NCBI GenBank assembly: GCA_043228905.1
Contig: JBHGNT010000007.1
Coordinates: 22,072,001-22,136,000, forward strand
Direction: 5' to 3'
DNA: 64,000 bases
DNA from: Azolla caroliniana
Taxonomy: Eukaryota; Plantae; Polypodiophyta
Positions 1 through 10,449 of the stretch are shown in pieces. The stretch's first letter is position 1. Every line of letters begins with the position of its first letter. A model generated the notes under the pieces. The model searched no databases. It saw only the letters and a program-made list of their open reading frames with translations, and was not told where the DNA came from. Both the position numbers and the translations under genes were made by a program.

Positions 1-114
1 CTTGCCCTATGCATGTGATAAATATTTTGATATATTATTTATTTATTTATATGTATCTAAAATCGGATATATTATTTTATGGTTTTCACGTAGTGTGTGG
101 AATACACTATGACA
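1..114 (-). repeat. 3' LTR (partial) of Gypsy element 1
   Basis: Near-identical to 6388-6501; ends in GACA next to the PPT. Confidence 0.9.
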
Positions 115-3100
115 CTCGCCCCCTCCGAACCCGCACATCCTCCGGTATGTGCCGAAGTTCTCGATTCCTCATATCCGTCTTCACCCAAAGCTTCCTCCGA
201 TTCTCCCCTTATGTCGACTATGAGTTGTAATTCACTTTCTTCGCTTCCCGCATCACCATGGTCTTCGTCCAATTGCTCCTCGTTGTCGGCCTTGGCGTGG
301 ATCACATAGGGTTTGTCGTCGGTCCACTTCTTGAAAATCTTCACCCGCTTCCCGGCTATAGGCACTCGTAGTATTGTTCCATCCAACTCGGACAGTCGGT
401 ACGTTCCGTTGTCGAAGACTTTCCAAACCTCGTATAGCCCGAACCACCTTTTCGCGAATTTCCGCATCGTTGTATGTTGATGGTCCAAACTACTGTCATA
501 GACGATCACCCAATCTCCTTCTTCAATCCTCCTCGGTCGTAGTCGGTGCTTTGTGTCGAGCCGGCTTTTGTTCCGGAATCGTGCTTCTTGTTGTCGGGGT
601 ATTGCTTCCGCTATGTCTGCCGGTCTTCCCTCTAGTTGTCGTATCCGGACTACTAGTAGTTCTTCCCGGCTCATCTCTTCCTTCCACGGTAGCACTGTCC
701 ACGTTGCGATCGTGGTTTCCGTCGGCATTACCGGTGCTTGTCCGGTCATGAGTTCTGCCGGCATGCAACCGGTTACGGAGCTATGCGTCGTCCGATCCGC
801 CCATAGTGCATACGGAAGCATCTGCGGCCAGTCCTTCACCTTTCCATCGCATGCCTTCGCAAGTGCTTTCACGATCGGACTATGTCCTCGTTCGATTTTC
901 CCGTTGGCCTCCGGATTGTATGCCGTTGTCAGCGTTAACCGAACTCCGTGTTTGGCGAAGAATCCCCTAGTTTTGTCCGAGTCGAGTTCTCCCCGGTCCG
1001 CAATCACTTGTCCTACGCACCCGTACCTGCAAAATACTTCCTCCAAAAGAAATTGGCATACCGCGGAACACGTTTTCCTCTAAAGTGCTCGACCTTCTAC
1101 TTGATTCGTGAGATCTTCCCGAGCTAATACCAAGTATTTCTTTTGTCCGATCCCGGTCGGCATGGCCACTATGTCGACTATCCACTTGAAGTTGATTGTC
1201 GGTGAGAATGTCGGATGTAACTGATCTCGATGTCGAACCCCGGAGTAGACTTGACATTTCTCGCAGCTTTCCGTGAACTCCGCGACATCTTTGTACATTT
1301 TCTTCCACCAATATTTTTTCTTGATCTTCACAAATGTTGCCCATGTTCCTCGGTGTCCACCCCAATCGGATTCGTGAAACTCGGACATTATCCGGTTTCG
1401 TTGCTCTTTTGTCCCGACTACTCGAAGTGGTATACCATCCGTTCTTTTCGGCGCCCTCCATATTAATCCGTTTTCCAAGAAGAACTTTTGGACTTGCCTC
1501 TTCTTCCTTCGGATCTCGGCTCTTCTTCCTTTATCGTTTGTTGAGTCCTCGGCCTCTTGTAACATCTTTCCGATCATCAAGCTTTCTCCCTCGTATTCTT
1601 CTTCCCGGAATTCTCGGATTACGTTCACTCGGCATATGTGCTCCGACGCGAAGTAGTCTTCGGAAACTTCTTCATTATCCGATTCGGTTATGTCGTCTCC
1701 GAACCGAGCCCTTGATAACATATCTGCTACCGCGTTGTCCTTCCCCAAGATGTGTCGAACCTCCGGATTAAGCGACTTGACATATGCAACCCACCTTAGC
1801 ATAGCTACATCCGGTATCGTACAACACCGCATCATCCCGAGTATCGGAAGACAATCCATCTCGATCACCACTTCGGCTCCGATCAAATAATCCCGATCCG
1901 ATTTTATCGCTAACATGACTCCCCATAGTTCTCTTTTGACTTGTGCATATCCACGTTGCCTTTCGTTGAGAACCTTTGCTCCGAATCGGATCGGATACCG
2001 CGAACCATCCGAGTCGGCTTGATTGATGACCCACCCGATACCAGTTGGACTTGTATCAACCGTTACTATGATCGGTCGGTCGTAGCTCGGCTTCCTAAGT
2101 GCTTCCGCCCTCCGAAGTGTCTTCTTGAATTTCTTCATGGCTTTGGTGTGTTCCGGTTTCCATTCGAAATTCTTACCTTTCCGCAACAAGTGGTAGAGCG
2201 GGTTCGCTATATGTGCATAGTGCGGAATCCATATGTGATAGAATGCACATGCACCGAGAAACCTTCGAACTTCGGATGTTGACTCGCATATTTCCTCCAT
2301 AGCTTGAATCACATCGATCTTTGTTGGTGACGGTCTTCGGCCGTAGGGCCCACATAGATGTCTGACCACCAATATTTCTTCTTGCCCGAATGCCGATTTC
2401 TCCCCAGAAAGTGTTAGGTGCACATCTTCTAGCTTTCGCAACACTTTCTCGCAATCATGAATATGGTCGACCACGAACTTTCGGCATCCCCGATCATCCA
2501 TAGTCTCATCTTTTTCTTCTACCGCGCATCCTTTCATCGGAATGTCATCGAGGAACGACATCGTTATCTCCAGAATGCAGTCTCGAAGCACCTTGTTCAT
2601 CGCGTTCATCATATGAGCAACCGAGTTTGTCGCTCCTTGTGGTAGTGTGCACATTCGGACTAATCCTATCGGTGTTCGCATGGTTGTGATGTCTCGGCTC
2701 TCCACGGCTAGTTGGAATTGGTCATACCCCGAGTATAGGTCTCCGATGGAGTATATCGCACGACCGGCAAAAGCTTCCGCAAATTCGTCCACTATCGGAC
2801 CGACTCCCGAGTTCCGAATCGTGACCTTATTCACCGGTTGCAAGTCTTGGATAAATCGGAGTGACCCATTCTTCTTCGGAACCGTAAACCATCGATTTGA
2901 GTACGGAGCAGTTGATGGCTCTAGAATCCCCATCGCCACCTTCTCCTTGAGCAAGTCAATGACTTTCGGAATATGCGCTCATGGCACCGGAATCGGCTTC
3001 AGGTTCCACGGTACATGGTCAATCGTGAAGATCACCATCGGCTCCACTATTCTCGGATCGACGCACCCTATCTCCCTTGATGTAAATGCAAACTCTTTGC

Positions 3101-3695
3101 CGTGTTGCTCCAACATCTCGCGAAACCGTTCTTCTTCTTTTCGTAATAGGAACCCACCTCCACCGATCCGAAGTTTCTTCCGGGTCTCATCCGTGGAGGC
3201 ATGTCCGATATCCACGGACCTCCGAAGTGTCGGATCTCCCGAGACTTCTTTCCTCTTTTGTTCGCTATCGGCGGGTAGTGGTCCCGCGGCCGGTTTCACC
3301 TTCTTCTCCACGGTCTTGTATTTCGTACTTACCATTGCTTCTTCTTTGCGGAGCGTATCTGGCTCCATTTTCGCAATGATCTCGTACATCTCGATCGATT
3401 CCACCGAGACTACCCGGTTCCCTTGGCTTTTATCTTCCGCAAGCTCTTCAAGTCGTTGTAGCGTGCTCCCATAGAACACTTCTTCAACTATCCCCATGAT
3501 TTCTTCATCTTCTTTTATTATTGATGCCGAGCGCAACTTATCCTCCACTTGTCGGTATCCTTTCTTCAATCCTCCGGTTACGGTCGTGTACGTAGATGCC
3601 CCATCCGGACCGATTCGTACACGTTTTGCTCCGAGAGTTTTTCTTCTTGTGTGGGGTATCATGACTTCTCGGACTATCACTTCCCCACTCCGCAA
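72..3695 (-). pseudogene. pol: pol (RT-RNaseH-integrase) of element 1, split by stops/frameshifts
   Basis: ORFs 2979-3695, 1080-2954 (DLYSGYDQ, FLDD, TVDTSPTGIG, HxxxxxGH...CxxC) and 72-1046 (ADRGE, AYNPEANGKIERGH, GPY/F-like tail). Confidence 0.9.
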
Positions 3696-3704
3696 CAGGC
3701 CGCT

Positions 3705-5758
3705 TTAAAAATCCATTCTCACTTGGGACAAGAGTTCCCTCTTGTTCCTTTCGTGATTTGCCGGCACCGTTAGGAATTGGACGGATTTCCCACCGTTTTG
3801 GCTCCGAATTCGCGCAAAAGCCGCACCGCTATCGAGCACCTTCATCTCCATCCCTGATGCCGTGATAAAGGGTTGGCCGAGGATGACGGAATGTGAAACC
3901 TCATCTTGCACGAAGAAATTTTGGTCGATCTCGACATCCCCGATCTTCACCGTCACATCCGGACAAGCCGCAATAGATCTTCCGTTGCTTTGGTGGCCGC
4001 CCGAATCTTCCATCCATGGTTGGTGTTAATAGGCCACTTCCCCTTCCGGTACAACTCCTTGGACATCAAGTTGATCTCCGATCCGTGATCAATCAATGCT
4101 AGCACGGGTTCTTTGATGTTGCCGATTCGGACCGGAGTCTCCGTAGTCGCGCGTGCCCAATGTGGCCTTGTATAGTGGGAGTTCGGAATTTCGTCCTCCA
4201 CTTCGGTGTCGTTCATTAAAACGGTGTTCGCATTCACCCTTGGAGCATTTTCCTCCATACTTTGTCTTTTTCGCTTCACGAGATCCACGAGAAGATCGTG
4301 GAACTCCTTCTTTGCTATTCCGAGTAGCTCTCGAAGCGAGAAATCTACCCGGCTATCCAAGATCCTTTCCTCGAACACTCTTTTCAAGTCGGTTTGTTGT
4401 TCTATGTCCGAGGCGAGCTTGAATGCCGGAGTCGCCTTTTCTTTTCCCTTACCTCTGGAGTTCCAGCTTTCCGGTATCTTCGATGGCCCGCCCGCATCCT
4501 CCGTGCGTCATCGTTTCTCGTCCACATACACCTTATGCAATTGACACAGGGCGTATACGCTATTCTTGTCGACAGAGCACTCCCATCCCGTAGCTTCCCG
4601 GACGCCTTCCACGGTGCTTCGGATCTCGTTGGAGTCGGTTTTCTCGGTGTTTTCTAGAACTTCCGGCCAAAAAGACGTCTTTGCGCTCGATGACTCCCCG
4701 ACACATATTCCCGCGGTTGTCGCATAGTTGCTTCTTGCCGCCAATTCCTCCTCGAGCACCTTCTTCATGCCACCTTTCCAGAAGTTCGGTCGAAGTGGCT
4801 TCCGAGAGTTCATCGAATGAATCTGGTTTCCCTCGTAGTAGATGAGATCCCGCCGTAGTGCCTCCTTATGCTCGTCGGAATCCCTCCGATTGTGTTCGGC
4901 GCTATCGCACCATATGCACCGTCGGTCCGTATACTTGGAGCTTGTGGGGCGGTCATCCGACTTCTTCACCATCGCGATCTTCAGATTCTCCATCTCCTTC
5001 AATAGTTGCTCCACCGTAGATGCATCAATCCCCTTCTCGGTTGTAGTCTCCCGAGCCCTCGGTTGATGGTCTTCCAATCCGGTTCTCGGTTTCGGAATCG
5101 GTTTCGGAATCGGTTCCGAAACCCTCTTTTCCTCGTTGGCAAGCCATTGCCCCCTCTTTGTGTATCGCGCGACGATATCCCGCACGCTTTCCCATGTTTT
5201 GGTGAGGCCACTCTCCGTGGTCGTGTCCTCCAAGAGCACTCCGAGATCTTTCCGGTCCCGGACGTCCACGGCTCGCAAGAACATGATCACCTTGTCCGGT
5301 ACGAGGATAGCTTGATCTCTTGCGGACAACCTCCCGAACCGGCTTTCGAATGCTGAAAACACATCAACGACCTTCAATCCCTTGTCCGGCGTCTCCACCC
5401 AATCTTCGAATCCCCTTCGCATCGCCTTGGAGGAATCCTCGATGGCGAACGTCCTCTTTAGCTCTTCTTCAAACGCCTCCCATGTCGGATTTTGTTGTCG
5501 TAGCCCATGGATGCTTGCTTGAAGCCCGTCGGTCGCCACCCGGTTGAAGGACGTCACTTGCAATCCTTCCGATATTCCGCACCGTAGCATCTCTGCCTTG
5601 TAGTCCTGAAGATACCGCGACGCGTCTTTCCCGTTGAATTGCCCGTTTCGTTGCACGAGCCGCTCCACTGATGCCGCTATCTCCGACATCGCGTGTTGTT
5701 CTTGTAGCATGCGCTCGAACATCATCATCATGTTGCTAGCCTCCGGTTGATTTTCCAT
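3705..5758 (-). pseudogene. gag: gag-protease of element 1
   Basis: ORF 4508-5758 (FNGKDASRYL gag motif, degenerate CxxC-H knuckle) and 3953-4387/3705-4013 (ALIDHGSEINLM, VILGQPF aspartic protease motifs). Confidence 0.85.
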
Positions 5759-5777
5759 CTCCTTGCCACCCGGTCTT

Positions 5778-5793
5778 CACGTCGGGTTTACCA
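5778..5793 (-). promoter_or_regulatory. Primer binding site, tRNA-Trp
   Basis: Minus strand TGGTAAACCCGACGTG, 4 nt from the 5' LTR. Complementary (1 mismatch) to the plant tRNA-Trp 3' end CACGTCGGGTTCACCA as recalled. Confidence 0.8.
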
Positions 5794-5797
5794 ACTG

Positions 5798-6501
5798 TGT
5801 CGTGCCTTTCGGCTCCGGATCATTGCGTGAGTCGGGTGGGAACCGCCGAGGTTTTGGACTAGGAGGAAGAGGAATACAACTTAAGGCTAGTTATGAATAG
5901 TAGAAAGAGAAGTAAGATAACAATCTCGTGAATCCCACGAGTTTAGTGTATTTAAAACAATATTTAGATTATAAGAGTAATTTAGATGGCAAAATTCGTG
6001 AATCCCACGAATATATTAGATTGATCAATCCTTGTATATTAATCAACAACCTTATACATATTTCTCTCCTCCTTATATAAAGATGGAAGAGGCTAAGCAT
6101 GGCTTCATGCTTTTTCACCAAAAGTGTCCATGCACACTAAATGTGCATGTGATGCTTTGTCATTTCCTAAGTATAGGGCTCATGCACGCTAGATGCGCAT
6201 GAGTCACTTTTAATGTCACGTGTAAATAAAATATTCACACCCTAAAGAATACATGATTTTTACCTTTTAATAAAGGTATGTGTAAATAAAGGTCTTATAC
6301 GTATTAAATCTATATGTATAACACTAAAGATAAGTTATTACAATGGTAAAATTGAGGTTTATCTACGTGGAGGTGTAGGGTTTGAATCTTGCCCTATGCA
6401 TGTGATAAATATTTTGATATATTAGTTATTTATTTATATGTATCTAAAATCGGATATATTATTTTATGGTTTTCACGTAGTGTGTGGAATACACTACGAC
6501 A
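5798..6501 (-). repeat. 5' LTR of element 1 (704 bp)
   Basis: TGTCGT/ACGACA termini; TATATAA box on the minus strand near 6073-6080; followed by the PBS. Confidence 0.88.
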
Positions 6502-7722
6502 ACGTAATGTTTCTTTTGTGCATGGGTGTATAGCTTAGCGGGAGAGCAATGGGCTGCAATCTGGTAGGTCGCCGGTTCAACCCCGGTTGCGCCATTTCTG
6601 TTCAAGGAGATTGTGTGTGCCATATACCTCATAGATTGAAGATATCACGTACATGAATAGATGGAGGTTTGTGTGTAAAAGTACATAATCATTCAACTAA
6701 AGGAGTCAATGGAAAGTTTGATGTGATATTTCTTTTATGGGCGGGTGTATATTTAATTGGTAGAGCAATCGACTGCAATACGATACGTCACTGGTTGAAT
6801 CCTGGCTACCTTCTGATTCAAGGAAATGTCCCAAAGGACATGATAATTCGACTATACTTCTTCTATATGAATCACTGGAGGTTTGCAAGGTAATGTTTTT
6901 TGTGTGCGTGGGTCTGAAGTTCAGTGATACAACAATCGGCGTCAATCTAATAGGTCATTACTTCAACCCCGGGCGACCCCTAATTCTAAGAGGTGAGGTA
7001 ACATTCGAAAGGAAGTCTAGATTTCATGTACATGAATTGATGGAAGTGTCTGAAATGTCATAATAATTCGACTGGATATCTAGTAGATGAATGAATAGTA
7101 GATTGCGACGTAATGTTTCTTTTGTGTGTGGGTTTATAGCTTAGTGGTAGAGCAATCAGATGCAGTCTGATAGGTCATTGGTTCAACCCCGATTGCGCCC
7201 TCCTTATTCAAGGAGATTGTGTGTGCCATATACATAATAGAGTGAAGATATCATGTACATGAATAGATGGAGGTTCGTGTGTAAAACGACATAATCATTC
7301 CACTAGAAGACTGTTGTACATGAATCAATTGAATGTTTGATGTGATATTTCTTTTTTGGCCGGGTGTATATGTAAGCGGTAGAGCAATCGGCTATAGTAC
7401 GATAGGTCACAGGTTGAACCTTGGCTGCCTTCTAATTCAAGGAGATGTCAGAAACGAGATAATAATTCGACTCTACTTCTTCTATATAAACCAATGGAGG
7501 CTTGCAACGTAATCTTTCTTTTGTGCGCAAGTGTAAAGTTCAATGCTAGAGCGATCGATTACAGCCTGATAGGGCACTAGTTTAGTGCTACAGCAATCGG
7601 CGTCAGTTTGATATGTCACTAGTTCAACCCCGGGTGATCCCTAATTCTAAGAGGTGAGTTGGCTTTCTAAATGAAGTTTAGATTCTATGTGAATGAATCG
7701 ATGGAATTATTCTTTTGTGTGT

Positions 7723-7794
7723 GGATGTGTAGCTCAGTGGTAGAGCAATCAGCTGCAGTCCGATAGGTCACCGGTTCAACCCCGGTTGCGCCCT
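7723..7794 (+). tRNA. trnC-GCA: tRNA-Cys(GCA)-like copy, probably a pseudogene
   Basis: GGATGTGTAGCTCAGTGGTAGAGCAATCAGCTGCAGTCCGATAGGTCACCGGTTCAACCCCGGTTGCGCCCT: intact A/B boxes, GCA anticodon, U73, followed by a T run. Mismatches in the acceptor and anticodon stems. Confidence 0.6.
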
Positions 7795-9198
7795 TTTGAT
7801 TTGAGGAGATTGTGTCTGCCATATACCTAATCGAGTGAAGATATGATGTACATGAATCAATGCATTTTTTGATATGATATTTCTTTTGTGGCCGGCTATA
7901 TATGTCAGTTGTAGAGCAATCGGTTGTAGTACGATAGGTCACTGGTTGAATCCTAGCTACCTTCTGATTCAAGGAAATGTCCCAAAGGACATGATAATTC
8001 GACTATACTTCTTCTATATGAATCACTAGAGGTTTGCACTGTAATGTTTTTTGTGTGCGTGGGTCTAAAGTTCAATGATACAACAATCGACGTTAGTTTG
8101 ATAGGTCACTAGTTCAACCCCAGGTGAGCCCTAATTCTAAGAGGTGAGGTGGCTTTCAAAATGAAGTTTAGATTTCATGTGCATGAATCGATGGAAGTGT
8201 CCAAACTCTCATAATAATTCGATTGGATATCTAGTAGATCAATGAATGGTGGATTGCGACTTAATGTTTCTTTTGTGCATGGGTTTATAGCTCAATTCTA
8301 CAACAATCGATTGCAATCTTCTAGGTCATCGGTTTAACCCCGGTTGCGCCCTTTCTATTCAAGGATATTATGTGTGCCATATACCTAATAGAGTGAAGAT
8401 ATCACATAAATGAATAGGTGGAGGTTCGTGTGTAAAACCCCAACTGAGGCCTAATTCTAAGAGTTGAGTTGCCTTTCGAAACGAAGTCTAGATTTCATGT
8501 ATATGAATAGATGGAAGTGTCCAAAATCACCTAATAATTCGACTCGATGTCTAGTAGATGAATGAATGTTGGATGGCCATGTAAAGCTACTTTTGTGTTG
8601 GTGTATACTTCTGTGGTAGAGCAATAGGGTACAATCTGATAGATCACTAGTTCAACCCCAATTGCACCATTATTCAAAGAGATGGTGGGTGCCATTTACC
8701 TAATAGAGTGAAGATATCACGTACATGAATAGATGGAGGTGTGTAAATAGATATAATCATTTGATTAGAAGATTTTTGTATATGAATAAATAGAATGTTG
8801 GACGGGATATTTCTTTTGTCGCCGGGTGTATATGTCAGTGGTACAGAGCAATCGGCCATAGTACGATAGGTCACCAGTTCAACTCTGGCTACTTTCTGAT
8901 TAAAGGAGATGTCTGAAACGACATAATAATTCGACTTTACTTCTTCTATATGAATCACTAGAGGTTTGCAACGAAATGTTTCTTTTGTGCGTGGGTGTAA
9001 AGTTCAGTGCTAGAGCGATTGGCTACAGTCTAATAGGGCACTAGTTCAACCCCAGTTGAGCCCTAATTTTAAGAGCTAACGTGCCTTTCGAAATGATGTC
9101 TAGAAATCATGGAAGTGTCCGAAATCACATAAAAATTCAACTGGATTTCTAGTAAATGAATGAATTCCAGATTGCGACATAAAGCTACTTTTGTGCGT

Positions 9199-9270
9199 GG
9201 GTGTATAGCTCAGAGGTAGAGCAATCAGCTGTAGTCCGATAGGTCACCGGTTCAACCCCGGTTGCACCCT
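9199..9270 (+). tRNA. tRNA-Cys-body copy with GTA anticodon, probably a pseudogene
   Basis: Acceptor stem GGGTGTA/TGCACCC fully paired, D and T arms paired, loop CTGTAGT. One A-C mismatch in the anticodon stem; D loop AGAGGTA. Confidence 0.5.
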
Positions 9271-9931
9271 AATTCAAGGAGATGGTTGGTGCCATCTACC
9301 AAATAGAGTGAAGATTTCATGTACATGAATCGATGGAGGTGTGCGAAACGACATATTCATTCGACTAGACCTCTTGGACATGAATCAATGGAGATTTCGA
9401 TGTGATATTTCCTTTGCGGCCGGGTGTATATATTTGTGGTAGAGCAATCGGCTATAGTACGATAGGTCACTTGTTCAACCCCGGATGCCTCCTTATTTAA
9501 GGAGATGTCCAGAATGACATAATAATTAGTGTGGACTTTTTCTATAGGAATGAGTGGTATTTTGCAACGTAATGTTTCTTTTGTGCGCGTGTGTAAATTT
9601 CAATGCTAGAGCAATCGGGTAGAGTGTTTCAGGTCACAAGATTTCATGTAGATGAATCGATGGAGGTGTGCGAATTCAGCGGGGTTGAGCCCTGATTCTA
9701 AGATGTACATGAATCGATGGAAGGGTCCGAAATCACATAATAATTCAACTGAATGACTAGTAGATGAACGAATGGTGGATTGCGACGTAATATTTCTTTT
9801 GTGCATGGGTGTATGGCTTAGTGTTAGAGAAATCAGTTGTAGCCCGATAGGTCGGGTGCCATTCCAAATGAACTCTAGATTTCATGTACATGAATCCATG
9901 AAAGTGTCCAAAATCACATAATAATTCGAAT

Positions 9932-10350
9932 TGTTATTCTCTGACCGGACAAGGTCTAACACAAGGTGTCACGGAGACACTTCACCAAAGGGTGATTACG
10001 GCATAGGATTAAGATTCAACGATTACACCGACTTACGTAGGTTACACGATTAAAGTGCTTTGGTTAATTACACGCGTAAGATATAACAGTAAGTACAGAA
10101 CGGAAATCAACACAGAAGTATAAACACCATATGCTCTATTAATTATCCGCTGTGATTACAATGGGGTCCGGGCCTTTAAATAGGTTTCCGGCCCGTAGTA
10201 CAAAACGGTGCCTATCGCATCTATTCGGGATCCGTCCGGATCTGGAACGGCATACCGTTTCCAGTCCGTCCGTCCACACTATGCTTCTTTACAACCATAC
10301 TTAATTAACTCCTTCACTCCGTATTTTGGACTCCTTGCCGGCCGGTAACA
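9932..10350 (-). repeat. 3' LTR of element 2
   Basis: Direct repeat of 19696-20114; TATTTAAA box on the minus strand near 10174-10182. Confidence 0.95.
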
Positions 10351-10352
10351 CA

Positions 10353-10390
10353 TGGCACGCCCGTGGGACAGTACCTTGTACGTCGAACCC
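10353..10390 (-). promoter_or_regulatory. tRNA-Arg 3'-end-like motif plus hairpin at the PPT position (inverted second PBS)
   Basis: Plus strand TGGCACGCCCGTGGGACAGTACCTTGTACGTCGAACCC begins 2 nt from the LTR. Homologous block at 21286-21326. No polypurine tract adjoins the LTR. Confidence 0.7.
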
Positions 10391-10449
10391 TTCTCGGCCC
10401 CTTCATTGTTCACCCAGATAGTCCAAAATACTTTATTCCAGAGTTTCAA

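Larger units (their letters stand above)
1..6501 (-). mobile_element. Ty3/Gypsy LTR retrotransposon, non-chromovirus, tRNA-Trp-primed (Phygy-like); 3' LTR runs off the window start; degenerate
   Basis: Bases 1-114 repeat 6388-6501. LTR termini TGTCGT...ACGACA. gag-PR-RT-RH-INT order on the minus strand. Trp PBS at 5778-5793. Purine tract GGGTTCGGAGGGGGCGAG (minus) at 115-132. Confidence 0.92.
6502..9931 (+). repeat. tRNA-Cys-derived tandem array, ~170-230-bp monomers in a ~606-bp A-B-C higher-order repeat
   Basis: tRNA-like copies start at ~6524(A), 6743(B), 6910(C), 7130(A), 7362(B), 7530(C), 7723(A), 7894(B), 8061(C), 8281(A), 8600(A), 8824(B), 8993(C), 9199(A), 9422(B), 9589(C, partial), 9807(A, partial). 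Shared spacer motifs TTCAAGGAGAT, TTCATGTACATGAAT, ATAATTCGACT. Confidence 0.92.

Noticed and set aside
6502-9931. CRISPR array or cluster of functional tRNA genes
   Set aside because: Spacers are themselves repeated, there are no cas genes, and the context is eukaryotic. Almost all copies have broken stems or boxes.
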